A stretch of DNA of 64,000 nucleotides, from positions 558,001-622,000 of the forward strand of contig OX337239.1 of the NCBI GenBank assembly GCA_946965045.2, given 5' to 3'. Under the pieces are notes generated by a model. The model worked only from the letters and a program-made list of their open reading frames with translations, was not told where the DNA came from and did no database searches. This document shows positions 21,453-34,100 of this stretch, piece after piece (the stretch's first letter is position 1; every line of letters starts with the position of its first letter). This DNA comes from Epithemia pelagica. Lineage: Eukaryota; Protista; Bacillariophyta. A program made the position numbers and the translations under genes.

Positions 21453-22426
21453 AAGTGTCATGGCAGGGCCATTGATGGGGTTGCAGTGGAGTCGATTGAG
21501 GTTCTTTTTCATGGCGAATTGTGGTTCATGACAGTGAAATGTGGTGGGGTCGACTATCTAGTACCCATGCACAGAAGCACTCAATCCGCTCATTTGCTCA
21601 CGATCTATAATGGAAAATCTTTCACTGTATTGTTCTTCGTTGGATTGTATGTACGACTCCCGTCGTTTGGATGTTCTTTGCTTCATAGCAAGATCCAAAA
21701 CCGGAACTGGTCGTATTTGCCACTGCATTCCAAGTTTTCCATGCTCAGTTTTCAATCCTCCATTCGAACTTTCTTCTTGCACGAAAGCAAAAAAGGGTCA
21801 CGCCGATGCCACTTAGTCCTCCCACAAACAGCGAATCCGAGGACTCTTTTGTGTACATTCTTCCTGATTGAACCTAACCACAGTATGGGCCATGGAGCGC
21901 AATGGGAAGAGTCATAACGTGTCTGGGGTGCGCATCATCGTTGGCTGACATTCTCCTTCGGTCATGCGTCTTGTATGACTTCTTTGATATTCGTGTACAG
22001 GAGCCCACTGGAAGCCATGTTCCGTATCAATTCCATCGACCATTTCACTCTGGGCTCAACGCGAAATGGAACCTGGGAGAAATTGTCATCGTTTCCTCTT
22101 TCTGATCGATTGTCGCTACGGCCAGTGATGTGGCCACAAGATTTTGTAATGCAAGAAACAAAACAAACTTTAGCAGGCCAGTGACAGCTATCACACGAGT
22201 GTATGCGACCCGTGCTTACACGAAACCATGTAAACGGCCTTTTGGATCATCATTGTTACTAACTTCTTTTTAAACTGATAAATTTAGGAAATGTAAGGTC
22301 TTTTTGATGTGCGCACATGTAATGAAAGCATGCAAGGATGGGCATTTCCAGACTCGACTTTTTCAATGTGTCGACGCCATACCACGTCTTATCCAACCCG
22401 AAACAACAGAGCTTTCATGTCAACGA

Positions 22427-24937
22427 CTACTCCAAGAAGAACCTCTCCGCGTCTTCGCATGTACCATCTCTTGGTTCATCCGGCCTCAAGTCCACAATGT
22501 ACGTATTGCTGGGAGAATCACCGTAGACTGCTGTACCCACGTGCAAAAAGTGGTCGTCGCTGCAAACCATGTTGCGCACTCCATCTTCGAACGGGCGATT
22601 GCGCAAATAGCCCAGGACGCCCTCCTCGTAGAAAAACTCGGGGTCGACACGGATCTCGTTGTCATCATCGTTCAAGATTCGGCGGAACCCATCCTTGGTG
22701 ACCACCTTCCATTTCGCAAGGTCCGTAACGTCATCAACATCCACGTAGAGAAGATTGAAGCCTCCTTGGGCAATGTTAAATGGCTGCTGGAGAATCAGAG
22801 AAACGATAAAGAAGACAAAGATTTCCAGGAGAAACAGGAGAATCGGGTTGTCGAGATTAAGTCGACAAAGAATTCCAATGTCCGTTTCTTCCAGAAAGGA
22901 GATAATCTCGCGCAGAATAAGATTAACAACAAGACCCGTCAGATCCAAAGTTCCGGCAAAGACTTTGTTGTCGCAAATAGTCAAATCCCAAATGTATGCG
23001 GAGAGGCCATTTTGGCTTGGCAATTCTTCGGGATCTTGGCATGTTCCATCGTCTGCATTACAAACGTAACAAGACTGGGGTATGCCGAGTTCCAGCTGTT
23101 CCACCCCTTCTGTACCGAAAAAAGCTTCGTAAACAAAACCGGACATGCTGCAATAGAGCACTTGTTTTGAATCTGGAAGGGGTTGGAGCGATCCCAAAGA
23201 CCCAATGTTTGTACTGTTCACTTTCTGAAAAAACGTAAAACTCTCTATGGGAGCATCATAGGTGGTGGCAGTACCGAGCTCTTCGACGGCACTACACAAA
23301 TCAGCGGTCGGCCCAACGAAAAGCTCAGGAATAATGTCGAGACCGCCATCTGTGTCAGTAAAGGTCACTTGGGCAGTATTGTAGTACACCAATCCATTTG
23401 TCTCGTCGATTTCAAAGTCCCAAACCTGGCGACTTTTTGAATCAGCTTGTGTTAAACGGACTTCGACTGGATCTTGTTCTGGAAAGTCGGGATTATACAC
23501 AAATAGGGAGGGAGAAAGTGTTGTTTGTAATCGTGTGATCAAGTTGAAGCCCAAGCTATCACTCCATCGCGCAAAGACGACTACGTCGACTGCGTTAGTG
23601 TCGTCGCCACACTTCAAGTCACGAAGAGCTCTGATCGAAGAGGATACTCCTGGCACTGGCGGGTCGTCTTCAATCAGCACCTTTTTCGTGACCTTGTTAG
23701 GGTCGCACTTGATCTTGTTTTTGCTGGAACTTTTTTTCCCCCTGCTCGACACTTCACATCCTTCACTGCCATGCTTGCGTCTGCTCTCTACTTCGACCGT
23801 GTACAGATTGAGAGAAGAGGAAGTTTGACTGGCGAACTCACCAAAGATGATATCAATGCTTTCAATGAAGCCACAGTTATCCCTGTGAATCTTCCAGACG
23901 TTGGCCGCGCGGAGGCCAAGCGCCTCATCCTCGAGTTCGACGCGAGCAATGACTTCTTGGTCTTCGAATCCGACTGCTTCATTGCCAGTACCGGAGCGAA
24001 TCGTGATGACTGGCTTGGGACGCGCTTCATCGAACGCCGCTGGTGTACCACCCGAGTGGGCCATGACACAAACCGTGCCGTCATCCTGTCTGGCACAGTC
24101 GGCACCCCAAGCATATCGGTTGATCTGCATCAATCAGGTGATTGAGAGGAAAAGACAAACAAAAGTGTTAGATTGGTACGGTTAACAGTAGAAGGAGAGC
24201 ATCTGTAGTTTGCAAACACTTACTTCATCACTGCCTTTGCTGGACTTGGACTTCTTGGACTTGCCGCCGCACTTGCCCTTCTTACCGGACAAGAATTTGC
24301 GGAGAGACTTACTCGGGCCTTTGAATCGCTTTTTAGATTTTCCGCCATCGCAGGACCCTTCTTCGAACCGTTCCACCTCAAAGGGGGAGCAATCGGGAAG
24401 GAATTCCGCAAGTCCCTGTAGGGCCCTCGTATCGTCTTCCAAGGCCCGAACCCCCCTGACTCCACGTTGTTCACGGCGACGGCTGTCACCCGTGGCAACT
24501 TCATCAATCGCAGTTTCGAATTCTTTCAAAAGTCTTGTCATTTCTGGGGAAGTAACACCCGTGGTGTCCGCAATGACAGCGACCTGTTCTCCAGCACCGT
24601 CATCACCAGTCGTGAGCTGACCTGACTCTGACGTAAACATTAGAATCAATGGCTGAAAATACTCGGTAACTTCGAGCAGGCCAGACATGTCCGTCATGTC
24701 AAATTCGTACTTGCCGAATTTGATACCAACTTTATCCACCCACCCCTCTGCTTCGGCTTTCGCGAAACTGTTTTTGATATATCCGATAATCATCTGGATG
24801 GAACTTTCGTCGAGGACAGGCTCACTTTCTTCCACCATGGACGTCTCGGCAGAGACGGCACCATCTTCCATGGCAGTCACCGAAGAGACGGCACCCAGCA
24901 AAAAGAAGATCACCGTAGCGATCCAAGAAATCTTCAT
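22427..24937 (-). CDS. Large secreted protein (~803 aa) with RXL sites, Lys-rich clusters and a putative beta-propeller C-terminal domain
   Basis: Exons 24937-24224 and 24124-22427 join in frame; signal peptide MKISWIATVIFFLLGAVSSVTA; RALE/RALQ; GKSKK...SKSSKG. Confidence 0.8.
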
Positions 24938-25843
24938 GTTGCTTGCTTCTTTGCTGAGAAAGAGGAACGGTATCCAATGTCCAAAAATTCAAACTATGGG
25001 CAAGTTGTGCGTTGTGCTCGAAAAAGTTCTACACAATGAAGATGGCATCTGCCGTTGACAAATTTCAAGAAAGAAAAGTCAACGGAAAAAGCAAACACGA
25101 GCATAGAATGATCGGGACAAGGGCCATGCCAATTTTTCTCGATAGAACTCTCTTGTGTCTGTAGTATGCATATGGATCGATTTATGGCAACACTCACGAG
25201 TCTATGACATATGACGACATGGACAATGAACAATGCACAATGCGTTAACAATTTTTAGGTGCGCATTGGTAAGGGACCAGTCGTGGCATACAAAATTTCA
25301 GCCAAGGACACCACGCATGCAAGGCCGATTTAGGGCAAAGTACAAGATTGGAGTTCGAGAATGCACATGTGGGGAGTGTGCACTCGCCGCGCGTACCAGC
25401 CGCAATGCGAAATGCAATGCGAAATGCGAAAAGCGAAATAATACGGAAGCTCTTTGTCTTGTTCTTTTTTGATCTTGAAGATTCCTACAGTGGTTGTGTC
25501 CTTCCACTCGGACCTCGGGGCGCTCGGGGTTCCCAGTTCCCATCTGGACACAAACAGACAGAACCATGAAGAATCATGAATCATGAAAAACCCATAACCC
25601 ATACGCACAATACAATACCCAATACGAGTACACCACGACAAGAACAAAAAAGAAGATCATGTCTGTCTGTTGTCTGTTTCCTGCTTTTGAGAACTTGGAA
25701 GGCACTTGGCGCCTGAATGTGGAAAGTTTCTAGTCTACGACTACGAGGTACGATGCCCTATTACTCCTAACTGAACACTGCGCTGAAAGGAAACAGACAA
25801 CAGACGCCAATTCATTCTTTCTCTACAAAATTACAAAAGGTAG

Positions 25844-28494
25844 ATATCGGGTATTCTACAGGCCATTTGACTGAATTCAGTCTATCTTCGACACCCTCTC
25901 CTTTCGTGACCAAATCAAGTATAGCGATAAAAAGTATATCACAATGTAGATCTTGAACCGAGCTTTCTAAGGAGTATAACATTGCTACAGCAATTCCTGT
26001 TTTTTCTACAAGAAGTAAGGGGTCGTTGTGGGTGCATTTTCGGGTGGTCTTTTCCGGCGGAATTTAGCATGGCGATGAAAGATTGTTTTCGACTGCAATA
26101 AGATGAAGTGCATAACATTCATTGCAGCGATAGACCCCTAGAGAGCACTTGCAATAGCCACGAGTTCGTCGTGTGCAAGAAACACATTTGTGCTGAGGAT
26201 AGTCACTCTTTGCTTCGACCATTCGCTCGCCATGAAATTTTTTTCCCTTGGGTAGCGTGCAGTAGGCATGAGCAGAGATTCGTTGTTTCTTGGCTTTTTT
26301 ATCCGGTGTAACATCAGTTTCCTCATTGAAATACTCATTGTAGATTAGTGCTTCGGCGAGGGACTTCCTGAACTCGATTTGGCTGGTTGGATCGCTTCCA
26401 CAGAACTCGACCATCCCCAAACTGACATTCACCTCTGTCACTGCGAGCAAAAAAGCAAAGACCCTGTTCGGCCACCACTTCGTAGCCCAAATCTCCTCAA
26501 TACTAATAGGAGAATGTCGTTTATTGTTGTGATCATCGACAGAGTGTCGATACAAGAAGTGATTTCCAATCACTTCTGGATACGAAAATTTTTTCCTGCT
26601 CCCATCATCGAGTTCGCGCTGTGTTTCTCTGCCCGTCCGTTGATTTGTTCCGTACGTTGACATGAGCGACATGACATACTCTGGCTCTTTCATGGCATAA
26701 ACATGAAAGTCAACCTCATCCATTTGTCCTTTCCATGCGTCGCAATCGCCCACTTCCTTGTCATCAAAGTGGTCTTTGATGTCATCACCCTTGATGTACT
26801 TAGGCCAATAACGCCGCTTTTTGATCAGGGCAGAAGCATACACTCCCCTCTTCTTCAACTCAATGATGCCTTTCAAAACACAGAAGCCACTATCCAAGAC
26901 AACAACAGAGCCTCTTCCAAAAATTGGCTCAAGCACTCGCAACAACAATCCAACAGTGTTTCCAAGGTTGTTGAATTTTGGCTTGGGATGAGCCGTGGCA
27001 CGTGGAGCATCTTTCCCTTCCACAAGCTCAATACCCCACATAATACCTGACATCGAACAACAAACAGAATGGTACTCATTGCCAAAAGGATGTGGCTTTC
27101 TCGGCACAAACATCCATCCAGGGCATGTATATTTGTTTGTCCATGGGCTCATACTCTCGTCGAGACATGAGACCCACGAAGGAGTAAATTGTTGTGTCAT
27201 GTTTTTGTTAAACGCATCCACTATCTGCCTGACCTCCCAGAATTTGTCCGTGTATTGTGGCTTGTTGCGATCTGTGTAGAAGATCGACTTTAGGATCGCA
27301 TCAAAACGCTTTCGCGACATTAGGTCATTCAGTCGCCACGGGGCACCTCTGAACCTGTCCACGTCCACCAACGACCAAAATGCTCCGCGATCCGGTCCGT
27401 TGATTGTTGACATCAATAACCAAATGCCGAGCCACCGCAAGAACTCCCCATAGGACAGCTCACGATGGAATCCATTCTCTGTCAGTCGCTTGTTTGTTTG
27501 GGGGATGATGACATCCTTCACAAAGGTCGTGAAGAAGAATAGCTCAAACAGGTTGAAAAGGGATGGCTTGATGTGAGGAGGATACGAGATTCTTGCCTTT
27601 AAGCGGCGTCCTCCAGCCAGAGCTCTGTAGCAACTGCCTGAGTGCTCCCATTCACCAAAAACCCCATCTGTATTTTCGTTTGGATTAGGAATGTTCTCTG
27701 GAGCTGGCTCGTTGTCGTCATCAATCATTGTGTCGTCCACAAGATTTTGAGCCATTGCCAAATCATCCGCTTGAATACCCACACCGCCAGTTGTTGTTGT
27801 TGCGGTGACAAGTCTCTGCAGCTCTGGTGGAACATTGTCTTCTCCACCACCATCATTATTGTTGGCGTTGTCGTTGTTCGCTTCATTCGCGTCTTGCGTG
27901 TTTTGTTGTTGGTTCTGTGCCGCCACTCCAAGAGGCACCTCTGGAGCAAAAAAGCCCTCTTTATCTCCTTCGGTGGTCACACAGACAAACCTTTCAATTG
28001 CCCAGCATTCAAAGTCCTCTTGTACATCTCCATGACTGGGGTGGTTGAAGATGACCACACCCTTTGGGTCTCGTCGGATTGGACGTGTTCCTTTCGCAGA
28101 AACAACAATCTGCACGGTCCTCTCGCCCTTGGTGAAGTTTGGATAGGCCTTTGTGACCTTATCCTTAGGATGGAGCCGCGAAACAAGGACAGTGGCCTTT
28201 GCACCAATGCCAAGACGCAACTTTTTGGAGGCGGAGGGTGCCATGGTCATCGTGTGAAATCACACAACACACAACAGAGAAAAAAAAACGAGCGATGAAT
28301 GAGGCTACGAAAATGTAACTTCTAATCGTAGGACAACTTTATACTTTTACGACTAGATAGCGATGATATTGAAGATGACAATGTCCAAAGGACGGGCCAT
28401 GGTCGATGCTTGGTCAAGAGGAGGAAACTTTTTGATCTAGGCGGAATTCAGCCCCATCGGCTGAATTCAGCATGGGGTGCAAAATATCCGATAT
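25844..28494 (-). mobile_element. piggyBac-like DNA transposon (outer ends not resolved)
   Basis: Transposase ORF flanked by a ~40-bp imperfect inverted repeat (25844-25885 vs 28456-28494, core CTGAATTCAG); no TTAA-flanked terminal repeats found. Confidence 0.55.
26064..28250 (-). CDS. piggyBac-like transposase (728 aa)
   Basis: Catalytic-type CLDESM, VLDSGF and VDDHN motifs, RKPHPFGNEYH, and C-terminal Cys-rich CVSC...CKCSLGVYRCNECYALH. Confidence 0.92.
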   Translation of the reverse strand: MTMAPSASKKLRLGIGAKATVLVSRLHPKDKVTKAYPNFTKGERTVQIVVSAKGTRPIRRDPKGVVIFNHPSHGDVQEDFECWAIERFVCVTTEGDKEGFFAPEVPLGVAAQNQQQNTQDANEANNDNANNNDGGGEDNVPPELQRLVTATTTTGGVGIQADDLAMAQNLVDDTMIDDDNEPAPENIPNPNENTDGVFGEWEHSGSCYRALAGGRRLKARISYPPHIKPSLFNLFELFFFTTFVKDVIIPQTNKRLTENGFHRELSYGEFLRWLGIWLLMSTINGPDRGAFWSLVDVDRFRGAPWRLNDLMSRKRFDAILKSIFYTDRNKPQYTDKFWEVRQIVDAFNKNMTQQFTPSWVSCLDESMSPWTNKYTCPGWMFVPRKPHPFGNEYHSVCCSMSGIMWGIELVEGKDAPRATAHPKPKFNNLGNTVGLLLRVLEPIFGRGSVVVLDSGFCVLKGIIELKKRGVYASALIKKRRYWPKYIKGDDIKDHFDDKEVGDCDAWKGQMDEVDFHVYAMKEPEYVMSLMSTYGTNQRTGRETQRELDDGSRKKFSYPEVIGNHFLYRHSVDDHNNKRHSPISIEEIWATKWWPNRVFAFLLAVTEVNVSLGMVEFCGSDPTSQIEFRKSLAEALIYNEYFNEETDVTPDKKAKKQRISAHAYCTLPKGKKFHGERMVEAKSDYPQHKCVSCTRRTRGYCKCSLGVYRCNECYALHLIAVENNLSSPC

Positions 28495-28593
28495 TATTAG
28501 AATACATCCAATTAATTTTTGCTTTTTGCGCATCATTTGCATCTGTGCCACGGAATAGATCGAGATTTTGGGAAACCTGATCGAGGATAGAGG

Positions 28594-30444
28594 TACCCCC
28601 AAGCAGGGGTGAGTCCAGTCCCGCGTGTCTGAATGCACGATGTGCATTCTCCTTCTCACCCCCTTGGCTCGACCTGGTCGCTCTCGACATTGATACAAAT
28701 TTCATTCTACCTCCACACATCCATCACGGTGGTGGAGGTGCAGTGGTATCCAAACGACCTACAACATGTCTTCTTCTTCCCACAAACGTCGGAAGCTTTC
28801 TCGCAAGCAAGTCCGAGTAGCCTATGAAGCTCAAGTTCCATCAAGATAGTCCGTGGCATCTGCAAGAGAAGGTTCTGATGCAGGCATCGCCAAAACAAAC
28901 AATACTCCTGTGTCCAAGGCCCGTTCCTCCTCAACCCCTGGCATCGCATCCTTTCGTCCTCCTCCCTCCGTTGCCGTTAGTGGTATTGAGACCATAAGTA
29001 CCAACGCCCCGTATGAAACTCTTTTGGCAAACCGACAGGCACAACAACAACAATCAAGCACACTTGTCAGGTCGGAACCATCCACATTTCTTGACAGCGC
29101 TGCGGCCAGTTCTTTATCCACTCTTCCATCCGATCAAGCCCCCTCGTCGCCAGTGACGACGACCAAGACAAACCAACCGAGTACGCCCGAGACGTGTCGT
29201 CGTCCTCACCTCAAAGTGTCTTGTGTCGTGGATTGTACCGATACGTCGTGCGAGAAATTAAGCTTTTGTCGTTGCAGTGGTAGAGGAATTGCCAGACTCC
29301 TTGGATAGCACTGATGACAAGGATGCAAGCCTTGTTCAAGTATGCCGATCAACAATTGGCCGTGGTCAACGAGAGACAACAAACCATGTCCCGTTGGGAA
29401 CGATCGCTCATGGAAGGAGGCATTGCGGGCAGCAACAATGTCAATATTCAACAAGAAGCGGCTGAAGAAATGGCTGCCCTCCTTCAAGTTTTTCAGGGCT
29501 ATGTGGTGGATTAATTGTCCATGGTACCAGCAAACAAACGATGGTTTGCCTTGGCCTTTTTTGCCGCTGAATTGGCCGATCTCAAAGCTGGCATTCTCGA
29601 ACATTGTTGGAAGTGACGGATAGTGTTGAATGATTGCGGCACCCAAATCTGTCTTTGGGAAGGGAACGGAGGTCGAATACCTATGGAACGAATAGTAGAG
29701 TATGAATGGTGTGGTGGAAGATCCCGAATTGGTGGTGGACGATCGAACCGGAGAAGAATTTTTGCTCACGACAGTGACCTTTGAGGATGACGGTTCGACG
29801 CACAAAATACTCTCTCGACCGGAAGAAAAGGCACGATGGAGACCCACTCGAGGGCGTTTGTAGGAATCATGGAAAGCTAATAGCATACCAATAAAATTAC
29901 CATTGATTCATTGTTTCCCACAATGCCATTCGTATACGACCAGAGATTCATTTCAAACAAACACATCATCTGGACCGGCCACGGCTCCTACGGTTTTGCA
30001 TCATTGGCTTGGGAACAACAACACTAACTATATTACTAACTCATTCCGATTGGTGCGAGAAGGATGCGACGGAAGCGATGTAATATTGCCGTTTACGGAA
30101 GAGGGCGATGGATCTTCACCTTCCTTGTTGTTGTTGCGAAATGGGGTGTTTTGCTGGTTGTCCATGCTTGTGGATGGACAATTGAATGCAACACCAAGTA
30201 TGCAGAAGTGTTGTTGGTAGTATGGTAAAGCTTAGAGGGGCTTGGGTGTAGTTGGAAAAGCTTCAAGGCGGATGAAATCGACCTCACTTGTTTGGCACCG
30301 TGGTGGATGCGTTGAGGTGAAATGCAATTTGTATCAATGTCGTAAAATCGCCAATTTTGGGTGGTCGAGCCAAGGGGGTGAGAAAGAGAATGTACCTTTA
30401 GGTACGACTTATGTGCGACCTGGGCTCACCCCTGCTTGGGGGTA
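28594..30444. mobile_element. Non-autonomous Mutator-like (MULE) TIR element, 1851 bp
   Basis: ~81-bp imperfect TIRs (28594-28674, 30363-30444) starting TACCCCCAAGCAGGGGTGAG; 10-bp TSD AGGATAGAGG at 28584-28593 and 30445-30454; no transposase inside. Confidence 0.85.
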
Positions 30445-30735
30445 AGGATAGAGGAATGGATAGTGTATAGTGTCGAAGTACCACTATATAATGTGCAAAC
30501 AGCATTGTGATCAACCACTGATGACTGATAAAAACTAGAGGTGGCTTCAGCAACAGCTCATCTCTGCTGGAGCTAGGTAAGCGCTGGAGACGTCTCTGCT
30601 GGAGCTAGGTAAGCGCTCCAGCTGGAGAAAAGACTACCTGTGCTACCATGATGAAAATACTTACTAGGAGTAGACAACTGCTGCTGAGTTGTGTACCTAT
30701 GTGTGTGTTTGGTAGAGCTGTGTCGAGAAACAGCC

Positions 30736-31114
30736 AGTCAAAGTACACAGGATACTCTGTAGTAGCTAGGGACAGTACCTATATTGGCGTGGAGGTGATC
30801 AAGTCTCCACGACAATACACTAGAGAAGTTGTTTCACAACTTTCTGTTTGTTGATACTGTGCGCTCTAGGTTTAGGAACTACATTCGATTCCTCATTTGA
30901 TTCCTCACGAGGAATCAATTCCTCATTTACTCATGGAGGTTAGTTTGGAACCATTGATGCCAATGGCTAGAGCTTGGTTACTATGCGACGGGCAATGCCT
31001 TCTCTGGTAGTAAGGCATTGCTCTTGGATACATAGTGGGGACACGATTCTATGTCTCACAGATTCAAATCGTGACTGCCATATCGCCTGTCCGTCACACT
31101 GATTAACCGCGACT
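30736..31114 (-). repeat. 3' LTR of element 3
   Basis: Matches 39422-39800 except for one adjacent 2-nt difference (CATAGTGGGG vs CATAAAGGGG). Confidence 0.95.
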
Positions 31115-31155
31115 CTCCCTCTTGACAAGGGCGATATCTTTTCAAACACAGTCAA

Positions 31156-34100
31156 TCACCAACCTTGATTCAGTTTCCGAATCCTCTCAAAAACATCACG
31201 GCAGAGTCCTTTGGTAAGATAGTCCGCTCGTTGCATCGTTGTTTCGATCTTGGAGATTCTAACTGTTGCATTCGTCCCTTTCACAGCTTCCCAAAACCAG
31301 TGGTACTTGTTGTTGAGAGACCTGGAGCGGGACGAGAGACGCTGGTTGTTGGCAAGAAGATACGCGCTGTTGTTGTCCTCATGGACTTCAGCGAAGATGG
31401 TTGGGGAGTCGGTGCCGAGGTCAAGGTGGTGGTTGATCTCGAACAAGATGTCTTGGAGCCACACAACAACACGCATGCTTTGCGAAAGCGCGACGTATTC
31501 GGCGTGGAAGGTACTGGTGGCAATCTCACTTTGGAGCTGAGATTTCCAAACCAAGGGACAGCCGCCAAAATGGATGATGTATCCAGTGCGTGATTTGGCA
31601 CTGATCGGTTCGTCCTCGGATTCACGGCCATGGAGGCCCATGAAATCCGCATCCACATAGCAATCAACCTTGAAGGCGGTTGTTGGCCGAAAAATTGTCC
31701 CGCAATCTACAGTTCTCCAGAGGTATCGGACAATCATTTTGATGGCTTGAGCATGGGATTGTTTCGGGTTGGTTGAAAAGCGAGCGACTTGGGAGACGGC
31801 AAAACTGATATCTGGCCGTGTGTTGGTGGAAAGGTAAAGGAGCATGCCGACGATGGAACGGTAGTTCCATTTTTCTTTCATCGGTGGTCCATCAGGGTCA
31901 CTGCCAAGGCACGCTTGGGAGGCTGGCACAAAGTTGCCATTGCAATTTGTCATGCCTGTGGCCTCAACGATCTTCTTAATGAGCCCTGGTTGGGTCATTG
32001 TAATTGTTCCATCTTTCCGGGTGAAATGGATGCCCAAGTACTCAGCAAAATCACTGTCCACGGAGAGCTCGAATCCCCGAGCCTTGAGTCGTTTCACAAA
32101 TTCGTTGATTGCGTCCATCGTCGGAGCAATAATGCCACAATCATCCACCCAGAGAAACACCATCATGTTTTCCTTGAGGAAAACACATTCGTCGAACTTG
32201 CTCTGGGTGAAGCCATCGTCGAGCAAGGCGTGCCTGAGACGTTGGTACCACAACCGAGGTGCAACCGAGAGTCCATAAAGGCTCTTGTGAAGTCGGAGAC
32301 AGGTTTTGGTGGTCTTGGTGGAGGAGAAACCGCGCGGGATATGGATCCAGACAGGATCTTTCAACTCGGCCTGAACGAAGGCATTGTTGAAATCGATGCA
32401 GACCATTGCCCAATTGCGAGCCAGGGCAAGTACCAAGGCGATACGAATCGAGGCCCAGTTGACGACGGGTGAGTAGGTGTCGAAATCACCTTCTTGAAGA
32501 TCGCCGCGAACACAATATCTGGCCTTGTATTTCTTGATGGTTCCGTCTGGGTGGCGTTTGCGCTTGAAGACCCAGGTGCCAGGGATGATTCTTGATGTTG
32601 CTTCTTCCTCTGGAACCTCACTCCATGTTCCCTTGCTAGTTAATTCTTCAATTTCTATTCTAGCCGCCTCTCTCCAATGGTCGATATCCTTGTCTTGTCT
32701 TGCTTGTTCGTAGGACAGAGTGTCTGGATCTGAAATGGCAACCTTGAATCCACTGATGTCATCGAATTCGGCTTGATTGGCGACATAGGATTGTTGGGCG
32801 GCGTCCATATTCTCGATGAGACGACTTGGTGAACGACGGACACGGTTGGATCGTCGAGCAGATGGTGCGTCGGAAGGAGGATCGCTTGGTGTCTCCCTCT
32901 GAGAAGGCGGCTCCCTCTGAGAGGAGGGCTGTCTCGAAGAAAGAGACTCCCTCTGAGGAGAAGAGGGATTGGAGGCTGGTGCCACACGGAGAGGCGACAG
33001 TGGTGCTGGATTCTCCCTCTGTTCCGAGTGCACGGGGACAGGAGACGACGGGGAAGGCAAAACGAGCGGTTCCGAGAAGGAAACGGCAGGTTGGGGCCTT
33101 GGAGGTGTCGCCGCGCGCGGAGGGACATCGCGCACTGGCGTGTTCGGAGGTGGCACGGGAGGCGGAGAAGGGAGTGGGGCACTAACCGACGGGGCAAGAC
33201 GAGACAAAGCAGTCGTGGAGGGCTGGGTGGTGGGAGTGGCTGGGGGAGTTCTGGGGACAGAGACGGCTGGCGTGTCAACAGAAAGAGGGACAGACGGAAC
33301 AGTTCGTTCCATAGACGTAAAGATATTGTCTTCAGAACGATGGTTGACAGCAGCAAGTGGTGCACTGGTGACAGCGTCGTCCACACAGTCATCGTTGTCG
33401 TACCCCGGTGAGTGCAGATGATTGGTCATGTCGCCAAAGACACTGTCGAGCCTGGAGATGTCTTCTGTGTTGTTGTTGTCGGCTGGAGTCGGCACCGTTG
33501 CAAACCAATCGTCGAAGACGACATGGTACTGCGGTGTGATGGCGCCCGTGGAAAGATTCAAAACGAGTGGTGCTGTGGTGGCATGGTTGGGAGAAAGTCC
33601 CATGTTCATCCCTCGTTGTGATCTTGGTTTCCATCTTGGCAGTTTCTTACCGTCTGCAATCCGTTTTTCCAGGACGTACACGGGTGCTCCCCAGACATGA
33701 AGATCGTGTAGCCGTTTTTGTGGCCATCTCGTTCTTGAAAAGATATCGTGGGGTGAGACGCCAGTGGACGGATTGGGAACGTGGTTGAAGACAAAGACGG
33801 CGTGGGAGACCGCCATGGGCCAGAGGGTGGGATCCGCTGTCTCAGGCCAGTGGATGCTGGCGTGGAGCATCATCGTCCGAGCCATCGACATGATGGTTTG
33901 GATGGCTCGTTCGGCGACGCCATTCTGGTGATGGGCGCCTACTCCAGCGTAGGACCGAATCTGGGCAAAGGTTTCGAGTTGCCTGGTGTAGTCTTGTGCA
34001 GTGAAACAGCTGCCGTTGTCAGTGTGGTATCGTTGGGGAACGACACCCACATCCTTGCAACGTTGCTCGAAGGTGAGTTTGGCATTCAAAGTCTCGTGAG

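Noticed and set aside
25404-25440. GCGAAAT-type short repeats upstream of the secreted protein gene
   Set aside because: Could be promoter motifs but are too short and degenerate to support
28512-28515. TTAA as the piggyBac right target site
   Set aside because: No matching TTAA-adjacent inverted terminus on the left side
30558-30620. Two 25-bp direct repeats (TCTCTGCTGGAGCTAGGTAAGCGCT) as a possible CRISPR
   Set aside because: Only two units, spacer far too short, no cas genes, eukaryotic context
30487-30735. Initially read as part of a 630-bp LTR with a truncated partner and a solo fragment at 45716
   Set aside because: The CAGCC TSD and the empty site show it is host sequence at the start of the duplicated unit
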